From contig OX597814.1 in the NCBI GenBank assembly GCA_951406725.2, positions 107,694,001 through 107,758,000 of the forward strand: a DNA stretch of 64,000 nt, read 5' to 3'. Below, piece after piece: positions 25,901 to 38,104 of the stretch. Position 1 is the stretch's first letter, and every line of letters starts with the position of its first letter. Position numbers and translations under genes: made by a program. The notes under the pieces were generated by a model. That model was given only the letters and a program-made list of their open reading frames with translations, searched no databases and had not been told where the DNA came from. This DNA comes from Octopus vulgaris. Lineage: Eukaryota.

Positions 25901-28900
25901 TGGGTTTGCTATTTGGCTTGGCTATTTGGCTAGGCTATTTGGGTTGGCTATTTGGCTAGGCTTTTTGGGTTGGCTATTTGGCTTGGTTATTTGTGTTTGC
26001 TATTTGGGTTGGCTATTTGGCTTGGCTATGTGGCTAGGCTTTTGGGTCTTTATTTGGGTTGGCTATTTGGCTTGGCTATGTGGCTAGGCTATTTGGGTCG
26101 TTTATTTGGGTTTGCTATTTGAGTTGGCTATTTGGCTTGGCTATTTCAGTTGGCTACTTGGATTGGCTATTTGGGTTGGCTATTTGGCTTTGCTATTTGG
26201 GTTGGCTATTTGGGTTTGCTATTTGGGTTGGCTATTTGGCTTGGCTATTTGGTTTGCCTATTTGGTTTGTCTATTTGGCTTGGTTATGTGGCTAGGCTAT
26301 TTGGGTCGTTTATTTGGGTTTGCTATTTGAGTTGGCTATTTGGCTTGCCTATTTGGGTTTCCTATTTGGGTTTGCTATTTGTGTTTGCTATTTATGTTGG
26401 CTACTTGGGTTGGTTATTTGGGTTTGCTATTTGGGTTTGCTATTTGTGTTGGCTATTCGGCATAGCTATGTGGCTAGGCTATTTTTGTTGGCTATTTGAC
26501 TTAGCAATTTGGCTAGGCTATTTGGCTTCGCTATTTAGCGATTTCTGATTGCTATTTGGGTTGGCTATTTGGGTTTGCTATTTGGCTTGGCAATTTGGCA
26601 TAGCTATTTGGCTTGGCTATGTGGCTAGGCTATTTGGGTCGTTTATTTGGGTTTGCTATTTGGTTTGCTATTTGGCTTGGCTATTTGGGTTAACTATTTA
26701 GGTTGGCTATTTGTGTTCGCTATTTGGCTTGGCTATTTGGGTTTGCTATTTGGCTTGGCTATTTTTCTTTGCTATTTGGGTTGGCTTTTTGGCTAGGCTA
26801 TTTGGCTATGCCTATTTGGGTTGCCTATTTGGGTTGGCTATTTGTGTTTGCTATTTGGGTTGGCTATTTGCCTTGGCTATTTGGCTTGGCTATGTGGCTA
26901 GGCTATTTGGGTCGTTTATTTGGGTTTGCTATTTCAGTTGAGATATTTGGCTTGGCTATTTATGTTGGCTATATGAGTTGGGTATTTGGATTGGCTATTT
27001 GGGTTGGCTATTTGGCTTGGCTATTTGGGTTGGCTATTTGGGTTGGCTATTCGGGTTGGCTAATTGTGTTTCCTATTTGTGTTAGCTATTTGGATTGGCT
27101 ATTTGGATTGGCTATATTGCTACGCTATTTGGGTTGGCTATTTGGCTTAGCTATTTGGTTTGCCTTTTGGGTTGGCTATTTGGGTTTGCTATTTGTGTTG
27201 GCTATTTTGCTTAGCTATTTGGCTAGGCTATTTGGCTTGGCAATTCGGGCTGACTATTTTTGTTTGGGTTGGCTATTTCGGTTGGCTATTTGGGTTAGCT
27301 ATTTCGGTTGGCTATTTGGGTTTGCTATTAGTGTTGGCTATTTTGCTTATCTATTTGGCTAGGCTATTTGGCTTGGCTATTTGGCTTGGCTATTTGGCTT
27401 GGCTGTTTGGGTTGGCTATTTGAGTTTGCTATTTGGGTTTGCTATTTGGGTTGGCTATTTGGGTTGGCTATATGGGTTGGCTATTTTGCTTTGCTGTTTG
27501 CGTTGGCTATTTGAGTTGCTGATTTGGCTAGGTTATTTGGGATGGCTATTTGGGTTGCCTATTTGAGTTGGCTCTTTGGCTTGCCCTTTTGGGTTGGCTA
27601 TTTGGGTTGTCTATTTGGCTTGGCTATGTGGCTAGGCTATTTGGGTCGTTTATTTGTGTTTGCTATTTGAGTTGGCTATTTGGCTTGGCTATTTGGGTTG
27701 GCTATTTGAGTTGGCTATTTGGCTTGGCTTTTTGGGTTTGATATTTGGCTTGGCTATTTGGCTTGGCTATTTGGGTTTGCTATTTGGGTTAGCTATTTGA
27801 CTTGGCTATTAGTCTAGGTTATATGGGTTGGCTTTTTGGGTTTGCTATTTGGCTTGGCTATTTGGCTAGGCTATTTGGGTTGGCTATTTGGCTAGGCTTT
27901 TTGGGTTGGCTATTTGGCTTGGTTATTTGTGTTTGCTATTTGGGTTGGCTATTTGGCTTGGCTATGTGGCTAGGCTATTTGGGTCGTTTATTTGGGTTTG
28001 CTATTTGAGTTGGCTATTTGGCTTGGCTATTTCAGTTGGCTACTTGGATTGGACTTTTGGGTTGGCTATTTGGCTTTGCTATTTGGGTTGGCTATTTGGG
28101 TTTGCTATTTGGGTTGGCTATTTGACTTGGCTATTTGGTTTGCCTATTTGGTTTGTCTATTTGGCTTGGTTATGTGGCTAGGCTATTTGGGTCGTTTATT
28201 TGGGTTTGCTATTTGAGTTGGCTATTTGGCTTGCCTATTTGGGTTGCCTATTTGGGTTTGCTATTTGTGTTTGCTATTTATGTTGGCTACTTGGGTTGGT
28301 TATTTGGGTTTGCTATTTGGGTTTGCTATTTGTGTTGGCTATTCGGCTTAGCTATTTGGCTAGGCTATTTTTGTTGGCTATTTGACTTAGCAATTTGGCT
28401 AGGCTATTTGGCTTCGCTATTTAGCTAGGCTAATTGGGTTGGCTATTTTGATTGGCTATTTGGGTTGGCTATTTGGGTTTGCTATTTGGCTTGGCAATTT
28501 GGCATAGCTATTTGGCTTGGCTATGTGGCTAGGCTATTTGGGTCGTTTATTTGGGTTTGCTATTTGGGTTTGCTATTTGGCTTGGCTATTTGGGTTAACT
28601 ATTTAGGTTGGCTATTTGTGTTCGCTATTTGGCTTGGCTATTTGTGTTTGCTATTTTGGTTGGCTTTTTGGGTTTGCTATTTGGCTTGGCTATTTGGCTA
28701 GGCTATTTGTGTTGGCTATTTGAGTAGCGTATTTGGGTTGGCTATTTGGGTTGGCTATTTGAGTTGGCTATTTTGATTGGATTTTTGGGTTGGCTATTTG
28801 TCTTGGCTATTTGGTTTGCCTAGTTGGTTTGTCTATTTGGCTTGACTATTTATGTTGGCTATTTGGGTTGGCTCTTTTGGTTGGCTATTTGACTTGGCTA

Positions 28901-31900
28901 TTTGGGTTGGCTATTTGTGTGTGCTATTTGGGTTAGCTATTTGGCTTGGCTATTTTGCTAGGTTATATGGGTTGGCTATTTGGGTTGGCTATTTGAGTTG
29001 GCTATTTGGGTTGGCTATTTGGGTTGGCTATTGGGCTTGGCTATTCGGCTTGGCTATTTGGCTAGGCTATTTTGGTTGGCTATTTGGGTTTGCTATTTGA
29101 GTTGTCTTTTTGGGTTGGCTATTTGCCTTGGCTATTTGGCTTGGCTATGTGGCTAGGCTATTTGGGTCGTTTATTTGGGTTTGCTATTTGAGTTGAGGTA
29201 TTTGGCTTGGCTATTTGTGTTAACTATTTGGGTTGACTTTTTGAGTTGGCTATTTGGATTGGCTATTTGGGTTTGCTATTTGGCTTGGCTATTTTTCTTT
29301 GCTATTTGGGTTGGCTATTTGGCTAGGCTATTTGGGTATTTGGCTATTTGGGTTGGCTATTTGTGTTTGCTATTTGGGTTGGCTATTTGCCTTGGCTATT
29401 TGGCTTGGCTATGTGGCTAGGCTATTTGGGTCGTTTATTTGGGTTTGCTATTTCAGTTGAGGTATTTGGCTTGGCTATTTATGTTGGCTATATGAGTTGG
29501 TTATTTGGATTGGCTTTTTGGGTTGGCTATTTGGCTAGGCTATTTGGGTTGGCTATTTGGGTTGGCTATTCGGGTTGGCTAATTGTGTTTCCTATTTGTG
29601 TTAGCTATTTGGATTGGCTATTTGGATTGGCTATATTGCTACGCTATATGGGTTGGCTATTTGGGTTAGCTATTTGGTTTGCCTTTTGGGTTGGCTATTT
29701 GGGTTTGCTATTTGTGTTGGCTATTTTGCTTAGCTATTTGGCTAGGCTATTTGGCTTGGCAATTCGGGCTGACTATTTTTGTTTGGGTTGGCTATTTCGG
29801 TTGGCTATTTGGGTTAGCTATTTCGGTTGGCTATTTGGGTTTGCTATTAGTGTTGGCTATTTTGCTTATCTATTTGGCTAGGCTATTTGGCTTGGCTATT
29901 TGGCTTGGCTATTTTGCTTTGCTGTTTGCGTTGGCTATTTGAGTTGCTGATTTGGCTAGGTTATTTGGGATGGCTATTTGGGTTGGCTATTTGGGTTGGC
30001 TCTTTGGCTTGCCCTTTTGGGTTGGCTATTTGGGTTGTCTATTTGGCTTGGCTATGTGGCTAGGCTATTTGGGTCGTTTATTTGTGTTTGCTATTTGAGT
30101 TGGCTATTTGGCTTGGCTATTTGGGTTGGCTATTTGAGTTGGCTATTTGGCTTGGCTTTTTGGGTTTGATATTTGGCTTGGCTATTTGGCTTGGCTATTT
30201 GTGTGTGCTATTTGGGTTAGCTATTTGGCTTGGCTATTTGTCTAGGTTATATGGGTTGGCTATTTGGGTTTGCTATTTGGGTTGGCTATTTGGCTAGGCT
30301 ATTTGGGTTGGCTATTTGGCTAGGCTTTTTGGGTTGGCTATTTGGCTTGGTTATTTGTGTTTGCTATTTGGGTTGGCTATTTGGCTTGGCTATGTGGCTA
30401 GGCTATTTGGGTCGTTTATTTGGGTTTGCTATTTGAGTTGGCTATTTGGCTTGGCTATTTCAGTTGGCTATTTGGATTGGACTTTTGGGTTGGCTATTTG
30501 GCTTTGCTATTTGGGTTGGCTATTTGGGTTTGCTATTTGGGTTGGCTATTTGGCTTGGCTATTTGGTTTGCCTATTTGGTTTGTCTATTTGGCTATTTGG
30601 CTTTGCTATTTGGGTTGGCTATTTGGGTTTGCTATTTGGGTTGGCTATTTGGCTTGGCTATTTGGTTTGCCTATTTGGTTTGTCTATTTGGCTATTTGGC
30701 TTTGCTATTTGGGTTGGCTATTTGGGTTTGGCTATTTGGGTTGGCTATTTGGCTTGGCTATTTGGTTTGCCTATTTGGTTTGTCTATTTGGCTTGGTTAT
30801 GTTGCTAGGCTATTTGGGTCGTTTATTTGGGTTTGCTATTTGAGTTGGCTATTTGGCTTGCCTATTTGGGTTGCCTATTTGGGTTTGCTATTTGTGTTTG
30901 CTATTTATGTTGGCTACTTGGGTTGGTTATTTGGGTTTGCTATTTGGGTTTGCTATTTGTGTTGGCTATTTCGGCTTCGCTATTTGGCTTGGCTATTTTT
31001 GTTGGCTATTTGACTTAGCAATTTGGCTAGGCTATTTGGCTTCGCTATTTAGCTAGGCTAATTGGGTTGGCGATTTGTGATTGCTATTTGGGTTGGCTAT
31101 TTGGGTTTGCTATTTGGCTTGGCAATTTGGCATAGCTATTTGGCTTGGCTATGTGGCTAGGCTATTTGGGTCGTTTATTTGGGTTTGCTATTTGAGTTTG
31201 CTATTTGGCTTGGCTATTTGGGTTAACTATTTAGGTTGGCTATTTGTGTTCGCTATTTGGCTTGGCTATTTGTGTTTGCTATTTTGGTTGGCTTTTTGGG
31301 TTTGCTATTTGGCTTGGCTATTTGGCTAGGCTATTTGTGTTGGCTATTTGAGTAGCGTATTTGGGTTGGCTATTTGGGTTGGCTATTTGGGTTGGCTATT
31401 TGAGTTGGCTATTTTGATTGGATTTTTGGGTTGGCTATTTGTCTTGGCTATTTGGTTTGCCTAGTTGGTTTGTCTATTTGGCTTGACTATTTATGTTGGC
31501 TATTTGGGTTGGCTCTTTTGGTTGGCTATTTGACTTGGCTATTTGGGTTGGCTATTTGTGTGTGCTATTTGGGTTAGCTATTTGGCTTGGCTATTTTGCT
31601 AGGTTATATGTGTTGGCTATTTGGGTTTGCTATTTGAGTTGTCTTTTTGGGTTGGCTATTTGCCTTGGCTATTTGGCTTGGCTATGTGGCTAGGCTATTT
31701 GGGTCGTTTATTTGGGTTTGCTATTTGAGTTGAGGTATTTGGCTTGGCTATTTGTGTTAACTATTTCGGTTGACTTTTTGAGTTGGCTATTTGGATTGGC
31801 TATTTGGGTTTGCTATTTGGCTTGGCTATTTGGGTTGGCTTTTTGGCTAGGCTATTTGGCTATGCCTATTTGGGTTGCCTATTTGGGTTGGCTATTTGTG

Positions 31901-34900
31901 TTTGCTATTTGGGTTGGCTATTTGCCTTGGCTATTTGGCTTGGCTATGTGGCTAGGCTATTTGGGTCGTTTATTTGGGTTTGCTATTTCAGTTGAGGTAT
32001 TTGGCTTGGCTATTTATGTTGGCTATATGAGTTGGGTATTTGGATTGGCTTTTTGGGTTGGCTATTTGGCTAGGCTATTTGGGTTGGCTATTTGGGTTGG
32101 CTATTAGGGTTGGCTAATTGTGTTTCCTATTTGTGTTAGCTATTTGGATTGGCTATTTGGATTGGCTATTTGCTAAGCTATATGGGTTGGCTATTTGGGT
32201 TGGCTATTTGGTTTGCCTATTTGGGTTGGCTATTTGGCTTGGCTATTTGACTTGGCTATTTTGCTTAGCTATTTGGCTAGGCTATTTGGCTTGGCAATTC
32301 GGGCTGACTATTTTTGTTTGGGTTGGCTATTTCGGTTGGCTATTTGGGTTAGCTATTTCGGTTGGCTATTTGGGTTTGCTATTAGTGTTGGCTATTTTGC
32401 TTATCTATTTGGCTAGGCTATTTGGCTTGGCTATTTGGCTTGGCTATTTGGCTTGGCTGTTTGGGTTGGCTATTTGAGTTTGCTATTTGGGTTTGCTATT
32501 TGGGTTGGCTATTTGGGTTGGCTATTTGGGTTGGCTATTTTGCTTTGCTGTTTGCGTTGGCTATTTGAGTTGCTTATTTGGCTAGGTTATTTGGGATGGC
32601 TATTTGGGTTGCCTATTTGAGTTGGCTCTTTGGCTTGCCCTTTTGGGTTGGCTATTTGGGTTGTCTATTTGGCTTGGCTATGTGGCTAGGCTATTTGGGT
32701 CGTTTATTTGTGTTTGCTATTTGAGTTGGCTATTTGGCTTGGCTATTTGGGTTGGCTATTTGAGTTGGCTATTTGGCTTGGCTTTTTGGGTTTGATATTT
32801 GGCTTGGCTATTTGGCTTGGCTATTTGTGTGTGCTATTTGGGTTAGCTATTTGACTTGGCTATTTGTCTTGGTTATATGGGTTGGCTTTTGGGTTTGCTA
32901 TTTGGCTTGGCTATTTGGCTAGGCTATTTGGGTTGGCTATTTGGCTAGGCTTTTTGGGTTGGCTATTTGGCTTGGTTATTTGTGTTTGCTATTTGGGTTG
33001 GCTATTTGGCTTGGCTATGTGGCTAGGCTATTTGGGTCGTTTATTTGGGTTTGCTATTTGAGTTGGCTATTTGGCTTGGCTATTTCAGTTGGCTACTTGG
33101 ATTGGACTTTTGGGTTGGCTATTTGGCTTTGCTATTTGGGTTGGCTATTTGGGTTTGCTATTTGGGTTGGCTATTTGGCTTGGCTATTTGGTTTGCCTAT
33201 TTGGTTTGTCTATTTGGCTTGGTTATGTGGCTAGGCTATTTGGGTCGTTTATTTGGGTTTGCTATTTGAGTTGGCTATTTGGCTTGCCTATTTGGGTTGC
33301 CTATTTGGGTTTGCTATTTGTGTTTGCTATTTATGTTGGCTACTTGGGTTGGTTATTTGGGTTTGCTATTTGGGTTTGCTATTTGTGTTGGCTATTCGGC
33401 TTAGCTATTTGGCTAGGCTATTTTTGTTGGCTATTTGACTTAGCAATTTGGCTAGGCTATTTGGCTTCGCTATTTAGCTAGGCTAATTGGGTTGGCGATT
33501 TGTGATTGCTATTTGGGTTGGCTATTTGGGTTTGCTATTTGGCTTGGCAATTTGGCATAGCTATTTGGCTTGGCTATGTGGCTAGGCTATTTGGGTCGTT
33601 TATTTGGGTTTGCTATTTGAGTTTGCTATTTGGCTTGGCTATTTGGGTTAACTATTTAGGTTGGCTATTTGTGTTCGCTATTTGGCTTGGCTATTTGTGT
33701 TTGCTATTTTGGTTGGCTTTTTGGGTTTGCTATTTGGCTTGGCTATTTGGCTAGGCTATTTGTGTTGGCTATTTGAGTAGCGTATTTGGGTTGGCTATTT
33801 GGGTTGGCTATTTGGGTTGGCTATTTGAGTTGGCTATTTTGATTGGATTTTTGGGTTGGCTATTTGTCTTGGCTATTTGGTTTGCCTAGTTGGTTTGTCT
33901 ATTTGGCTTGACTATTTATGTTGGCTATTTGGGTTGGCTCTTTTGGTTGGCTATTTGACTTGGCTATTTGGGTTGGCTATTTGTGTGTGCTATTTGGGTT
34001 AGCTATTTGGCTTGGCTATTTTGCTAGGTTATATGGGTTGGCTATTTGGGTTGGCTATTTGAGTTGGCTATTTGGGTTGGCTATTTGGGTTGGCTATTGG
34101 GCTTGGCTATTCGGCTTGGCTATTTGGCTAGGCTATTTTGGTTGGCTATTTGGGTTTGCTATTTGAGTTGTCTTTTTGGGTTGGCTATTTGCCTTGGCTA
34201 TTTGGCTTGGCTATGTGGCTAGGCTATTTGGGTCGTTTATTTGGGTTTGCTATTTGAGTTGAGGTATTTGGCTTGGCTATTTGTGTTAACTATTTGGGTT
34301 GACTTTTTGAGTTGGCTATTTGGGTTGGCTATTTGGGTTGCTATTTGGCTTGGCTATTTTTCTTTGCTATTTGGGTTGGCTTTTTGGCTAGGCTATTTGG
34401 CTATGCCTATTTGGGTTGCCTATTTGGGTTGGCTATTTGTGTTTGCTATTTGGGTTGGCTATTTGCCTTGGCTATTTGGCTTGGCTATGTGGCTAGGCTA
34501 TTTGGGTCGTTTATTTGGGTTTGCTATTTCAGTTGAGGTATTTGGCTTGGCTATTTGTGTTAACTATTTGGGTTGACTTTTTGAGTTGGCTATTTGGCTT
34601 GGCTATTTGAATTGGCTATTTGGGTTTGCTATTTGGCTTGGCTATTTTTCTTTGCTATTTGGGTTGGCTTTTTGGCTAGGCTATTTGGCTTGCCTATTTG
34701 GGTTGCCTATTTGGGTTGGCTATTTGTGTTTGCTATTTATGTTGGCTACTTTGGTTGGCTAGTTGGGTTTGCTATTTGGCTTGGCTATTTGGGTTGGCTA
34801 TTTGAATTTGCTATTTGTGTTAGCTATTTGGCTTAGCTTTTTGGCTAGGCTATTTGTGTTGGCTATTTGACTTAGCTATTTGGCTCGGCTATTTGGGTTG

Positions 34901-35260
34901 GCGATTTGTGTTTGCTATTTGGGTTGGCTATTTGGCTTGGCTATTTGGGGTGGCTATTTGGCTCTGCTATTTGGCTAGGCTATTTGGGTTGGCTTTTTGA
35001 GTTGGCTATTTGGCTTGGCTATTTGGGTTGACTTTTTGGGTTTGCTATTTTGGTTGGCTATTTGGCTTTGCTATTTGGGTTGGCTATTTGGGTTTGCCAT
35101 TTGGGTTGTCTATTTGGCTTGGCTTTTTGGGTTGGCTATTTGGGTTTGCTATTTGGCTTGGCTATTTGGCTTGGCTATTTTGGTTTGCTATTTGGCTTGG
35201 CTATTTGGCTAGGTTATTTGGGTTGGCTATTTGGGTTGGCTATTTGTGTTGGCTATTTGT
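13996..35260 (+). repeat. 13-bp tandem satellite GGCTATTTGG(G/C)TT, ~1,600 monomers, with higher-order repeats
   Basis: Uninterrupted 13-bp periodicity over ~21.3 kb; strongly G/T-biased + strand; diagnostic variants recur at ~2.2-2.6 kb and ~5.05 kb spacings. Confidence 0.98.
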
Positions 35261-35585
35261 GACTGTGCATGCGCGAAAATGTGACTGCGCATGCGCGAAC
35301 GTATGCGTGCACATGCTTGAACGTGTGACTGCGCATGCGCGAAAGTGTGACTGAGGATGCGCGTACGTGTGTGTGCGCATGCGCGAACGTGTGACTTCGC
35401 ATGCGCGAACGTTTGCGTGCGCAAGCGCGAATGTTTGACTGCGCATGCGCGAATGTGTGCGTTTGCAGCGCGAACGTGTGCGCAAGCGCGAACGTGTGCG
35501 TGCGCATGCGCGATGATGCGCATTCGCGAACGTGTGACTGCGCATGCGTGAACGTGTGACTGCGCATGCGCAGTCACACTTTGCG
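35259..35585 (+). repeat. CpG-rich ~20-bp minisatellite, right flank of the satellite, ending in a 26-bp palindrome
   Basis: Units of GTGACTGCGCATGCGCGAAC; perfect palindrome GTGTGACTGCGCATGCGCAGTCACAC at 35554-35579. Confidence 0.9.
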
Positions 35586-35878
35586 AGGGAGGGAAGAAGG
35601 GGGAGAAGCAACACAGGTGCAGGTGTGAGTATGGACGCCAACTCCACTGCCATCGACACACGAAAAAATATGCGTTAAAATGGAAAAAAATGATGTTAAA
35701 TTATTTTTAAAATCGTAGACTCATCGTAGACGCGCGCTAATACCCAGACGGGCTCGATATGAATCACGACTATAAGATACCCGAATGTGGTTAAACTGCA
35801 CCGCAAAATGTGGGAGTAGTTAGGAATCTAAATTGTAGGAGACAGACACTCACACAACTTCACTTTTACATATATAGA
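35584..35878 (-). mobile_element. Helitron 5' portion (copy E), joined to the minisatellite/satellite
   Basis: Homologous to 12920-13215 and 13439-13733; 5' TC at 35878. Confidence 0.85.
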
Positions 35879-35888
35879 TATATATGTG

Positions 35889-35989
35889 TGTGCGTGCGTG
35901 GATGTGTGAAGCTAGAAGCTGTCAATTACTGTAGTTTGAAACTACTTTAGACAAAGTAACATAGTCTCAAGCGACATATAAATCAAGAA

Positions 35990-35990
<1 letters not shown>
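35889..35990 (-). repeat. Right arm of the 102-bp inverted repeat
   Basis: Reverse complement of 12162-12263. Confidence 0.9.
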
Positions 35991-36024
<34 letters not shown>

Positions 36025-36147
36025 GTATATATATATATGTATATATATGTATATATATATATGTATATATATGTATATATATATATGTATATATATGTAT
36101 ATATATATATGTATATATATGTATATATATATATGTATATATATATG

Positions 36148-36215
<68 letters not shown>

Positions 36216-36217
36216 AG
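35991..36217. repeat. (TA)n-rich microsatellite with periodic G interruptions, then (AAT)n
   Basis: Directly visible. Confidence 0.95.
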
Positions 36218-36283
36218 GGAGTAAATCCAAACTTACAGGGAAAAATTAGATTAAGGATTAAATCTAATTTTTTAGTATAAATA

Positions 36284-36411
36284 TATATATTAAATTAGAG
36301 ATAAAACCACTATTAGGCAAATCAAACAGTGAAAATCATAAACCAATATTGGTTTATGATTTTCACTGTTTGATTTGCCTAATAGTGGTTTTATCTCTAA
36401 TTTAATATATA
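36284..36411. repeat. 128-bp perfect spacer-less palindrome
   Basis: Centred on CCAAT|ATTGG (36347/36348); ...GAGATAAAACCACTATTAGGCAAATCAAACAGTGAAAATCATAAACC mirrors GGTTTATGATTTTCACTGTTTGATTTGCCTAATAGTGGTTTTATCTC. Confidence 0.9.
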
Positions 36412-36692
36412 AATATATATACATATATATTTTTTTTTGTTTTTATATTCATGTAACATCATCCGTTTTCCGTCCTTGTTTCGTATACATTCGCTGCTTT
36501 CTTCCAAGGAATCTAATGCTCTTAGCTTAGTTTTTCCTTGGGGCTGGCCAGATTGGAGCAATCTCATGATTAATCAGCCGAAATTGTGAGGATGATCTGG
36601 TTCTTGACTGAGGATTAAAGGCTTCGAATGACCTGTCCATGTTTTTTGTATCATCTTCTGGATGTTTTGCGTTCTTGTCTCATTTTGTATTT

Positions 36693-36738
<46 letters not shown>

Positions 36739-36771
36739 TGTATGTATGCATGTATGTATAAATGTATATAA

Positions 36772-36873
36772 GGGCACAGGAGTGGCCTCAGGATGACCAA
36801 AGCCTTGTGGGTGGATTTGGGAGATGGAAACTGAAAGAAGCCCATCATATATTCATATATATATATGTATATG

Positions 36874-36907
<34 letters not shown>

Positions 36908-37110
36908 TGTATATGTTTGTCCCCGCACCATCGCTTGATAACTGATGTTGATGTGTTTACATCTCTGTAACTTAGCAGTTTGGGAAAAGAGACTGATACA
37001 ATAAGTACTAGGCTTACAAAGAATAAGTCCTAGGGTTGATTTGCTCAACTAAAGACAGTGCTCCAGCATGGCCATAGTCAAATGACTGAAACAAGTAAAA
37101 GAATAAAAGA
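36772..37110 (+). mobile_element. SINE family A copy with most of the tRNA head deleted
   Basis: Homologous to 2534-3010 from GACCAAAGCCTTGTG to TGACTGAAACAAG and the tail. Confidence 0.8.
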
Positions 37111-37455
37111 ACATAATTCTTAAACAAGGATATTATTGACAGTGACTTCGAAGTTTCGGCCTGCTTAAGCCACTATTTATTGGTGACAGAAACTTCCTTG
37201 TTCTGGTTAGTTTTTCTCGTTGAAACATATTCTCCAAATGGCAACAATGATATTGGTCAGAAATGTTCCGTTTCAATAATACAGCACAGTACAGTAAATT
37301 GGTCATTAAAAAAAAATCAATAGCTTTTATTGTTTATTCTTTTAACCATTCTATTGGTTGTAGTTATTGTTAGCAATCGCATTCAATAATTTCTATCAAT
37401 CATTCAGATATATTGGTGACACATGGATGTTTAACTACGTTGATAGAAATATATG

Positions 37456-37686
37456 TATTTCTTTACTACCCACAAGGGGCTAAACACATAGGGGACAAAC
37501 AAGGACAGACAAACAGATTAAGTCGATTACATCAACCCCAGTGCGTAACTGGTACTTAATTTATCGACCCCGAAAGGATGAAAGGCAAAGTCGACCTCGG
37601 CAGAATTTGAACTTGGAATGTAACATCAGATGAAATACAGCTACGCATTTCGCCCAGCGTACTAACATTTCTGCCACCTTGCTGCC
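37456..37686 (-). mobile_element. tRNA-derived SINE (family B) with a Deu/Nin-like central domain
   Basis: Minus strand: TGGCAGAA A-box, GTTCAAATT B-box, then GCCTTTCATCCTTTCGGGGTCGATAAATTAAGTACC, resembling the Deu/Nin domain as I recall it; copies at 42703-42925 and 59344-59744. Confidence 0.8.
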
Positions 37687-38104
37687 TGGAAGATGTGTGC
37701 ATCTGTGTTTGTGTGTGTGTGTGTGTGCATGTGCATACATGTATACATACATACATACATACATACATACATACATAATGATATGCAACTGTAAGATCCA
37801 AGTGTAGGAAGTTAGTAAGCTTCAAGCTGTCCATTGTAAGTATAAAAGCAACTTTCAGGAACAATAACAGTTTATTGGCGCTGAAGGTTGTAGGCTTTTC
37901 TCATATTGATGTTCAGTAAGCTGAAAAAATGTTTTCTAGCTCATGGTTAGCATCTCAGGTTGCTATGAATTTAAATAAAAATTCAAATTGAGGGAATGGA
38001 GCAGGTTAAATCCAGGCTGCATATGTTTCCTGGCTAGCAGATCTTTGGAAGTAGTTAGGAAACATATGTAGTCTGGATTTTACCTGCTCTAGTCCATCAC
38101 TTTG

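Noticed and set aside
13996-35260. CRISPR-like array or true telomere
   Set aside because: No unique spacers and no cas genes; the unit is not TTAGGG and the array is internal, with Helitron flanks on both sides
13911-35354. Well over a hundred hydrophobic ORFs (GYLGWLFGLAIWV repeats) resembling membrane proteins
   Set aside because: They are translations of a 13-bp satellite whose consensus has no stop on the + strand; all three frames give the same peptide and variants introduce stops at random
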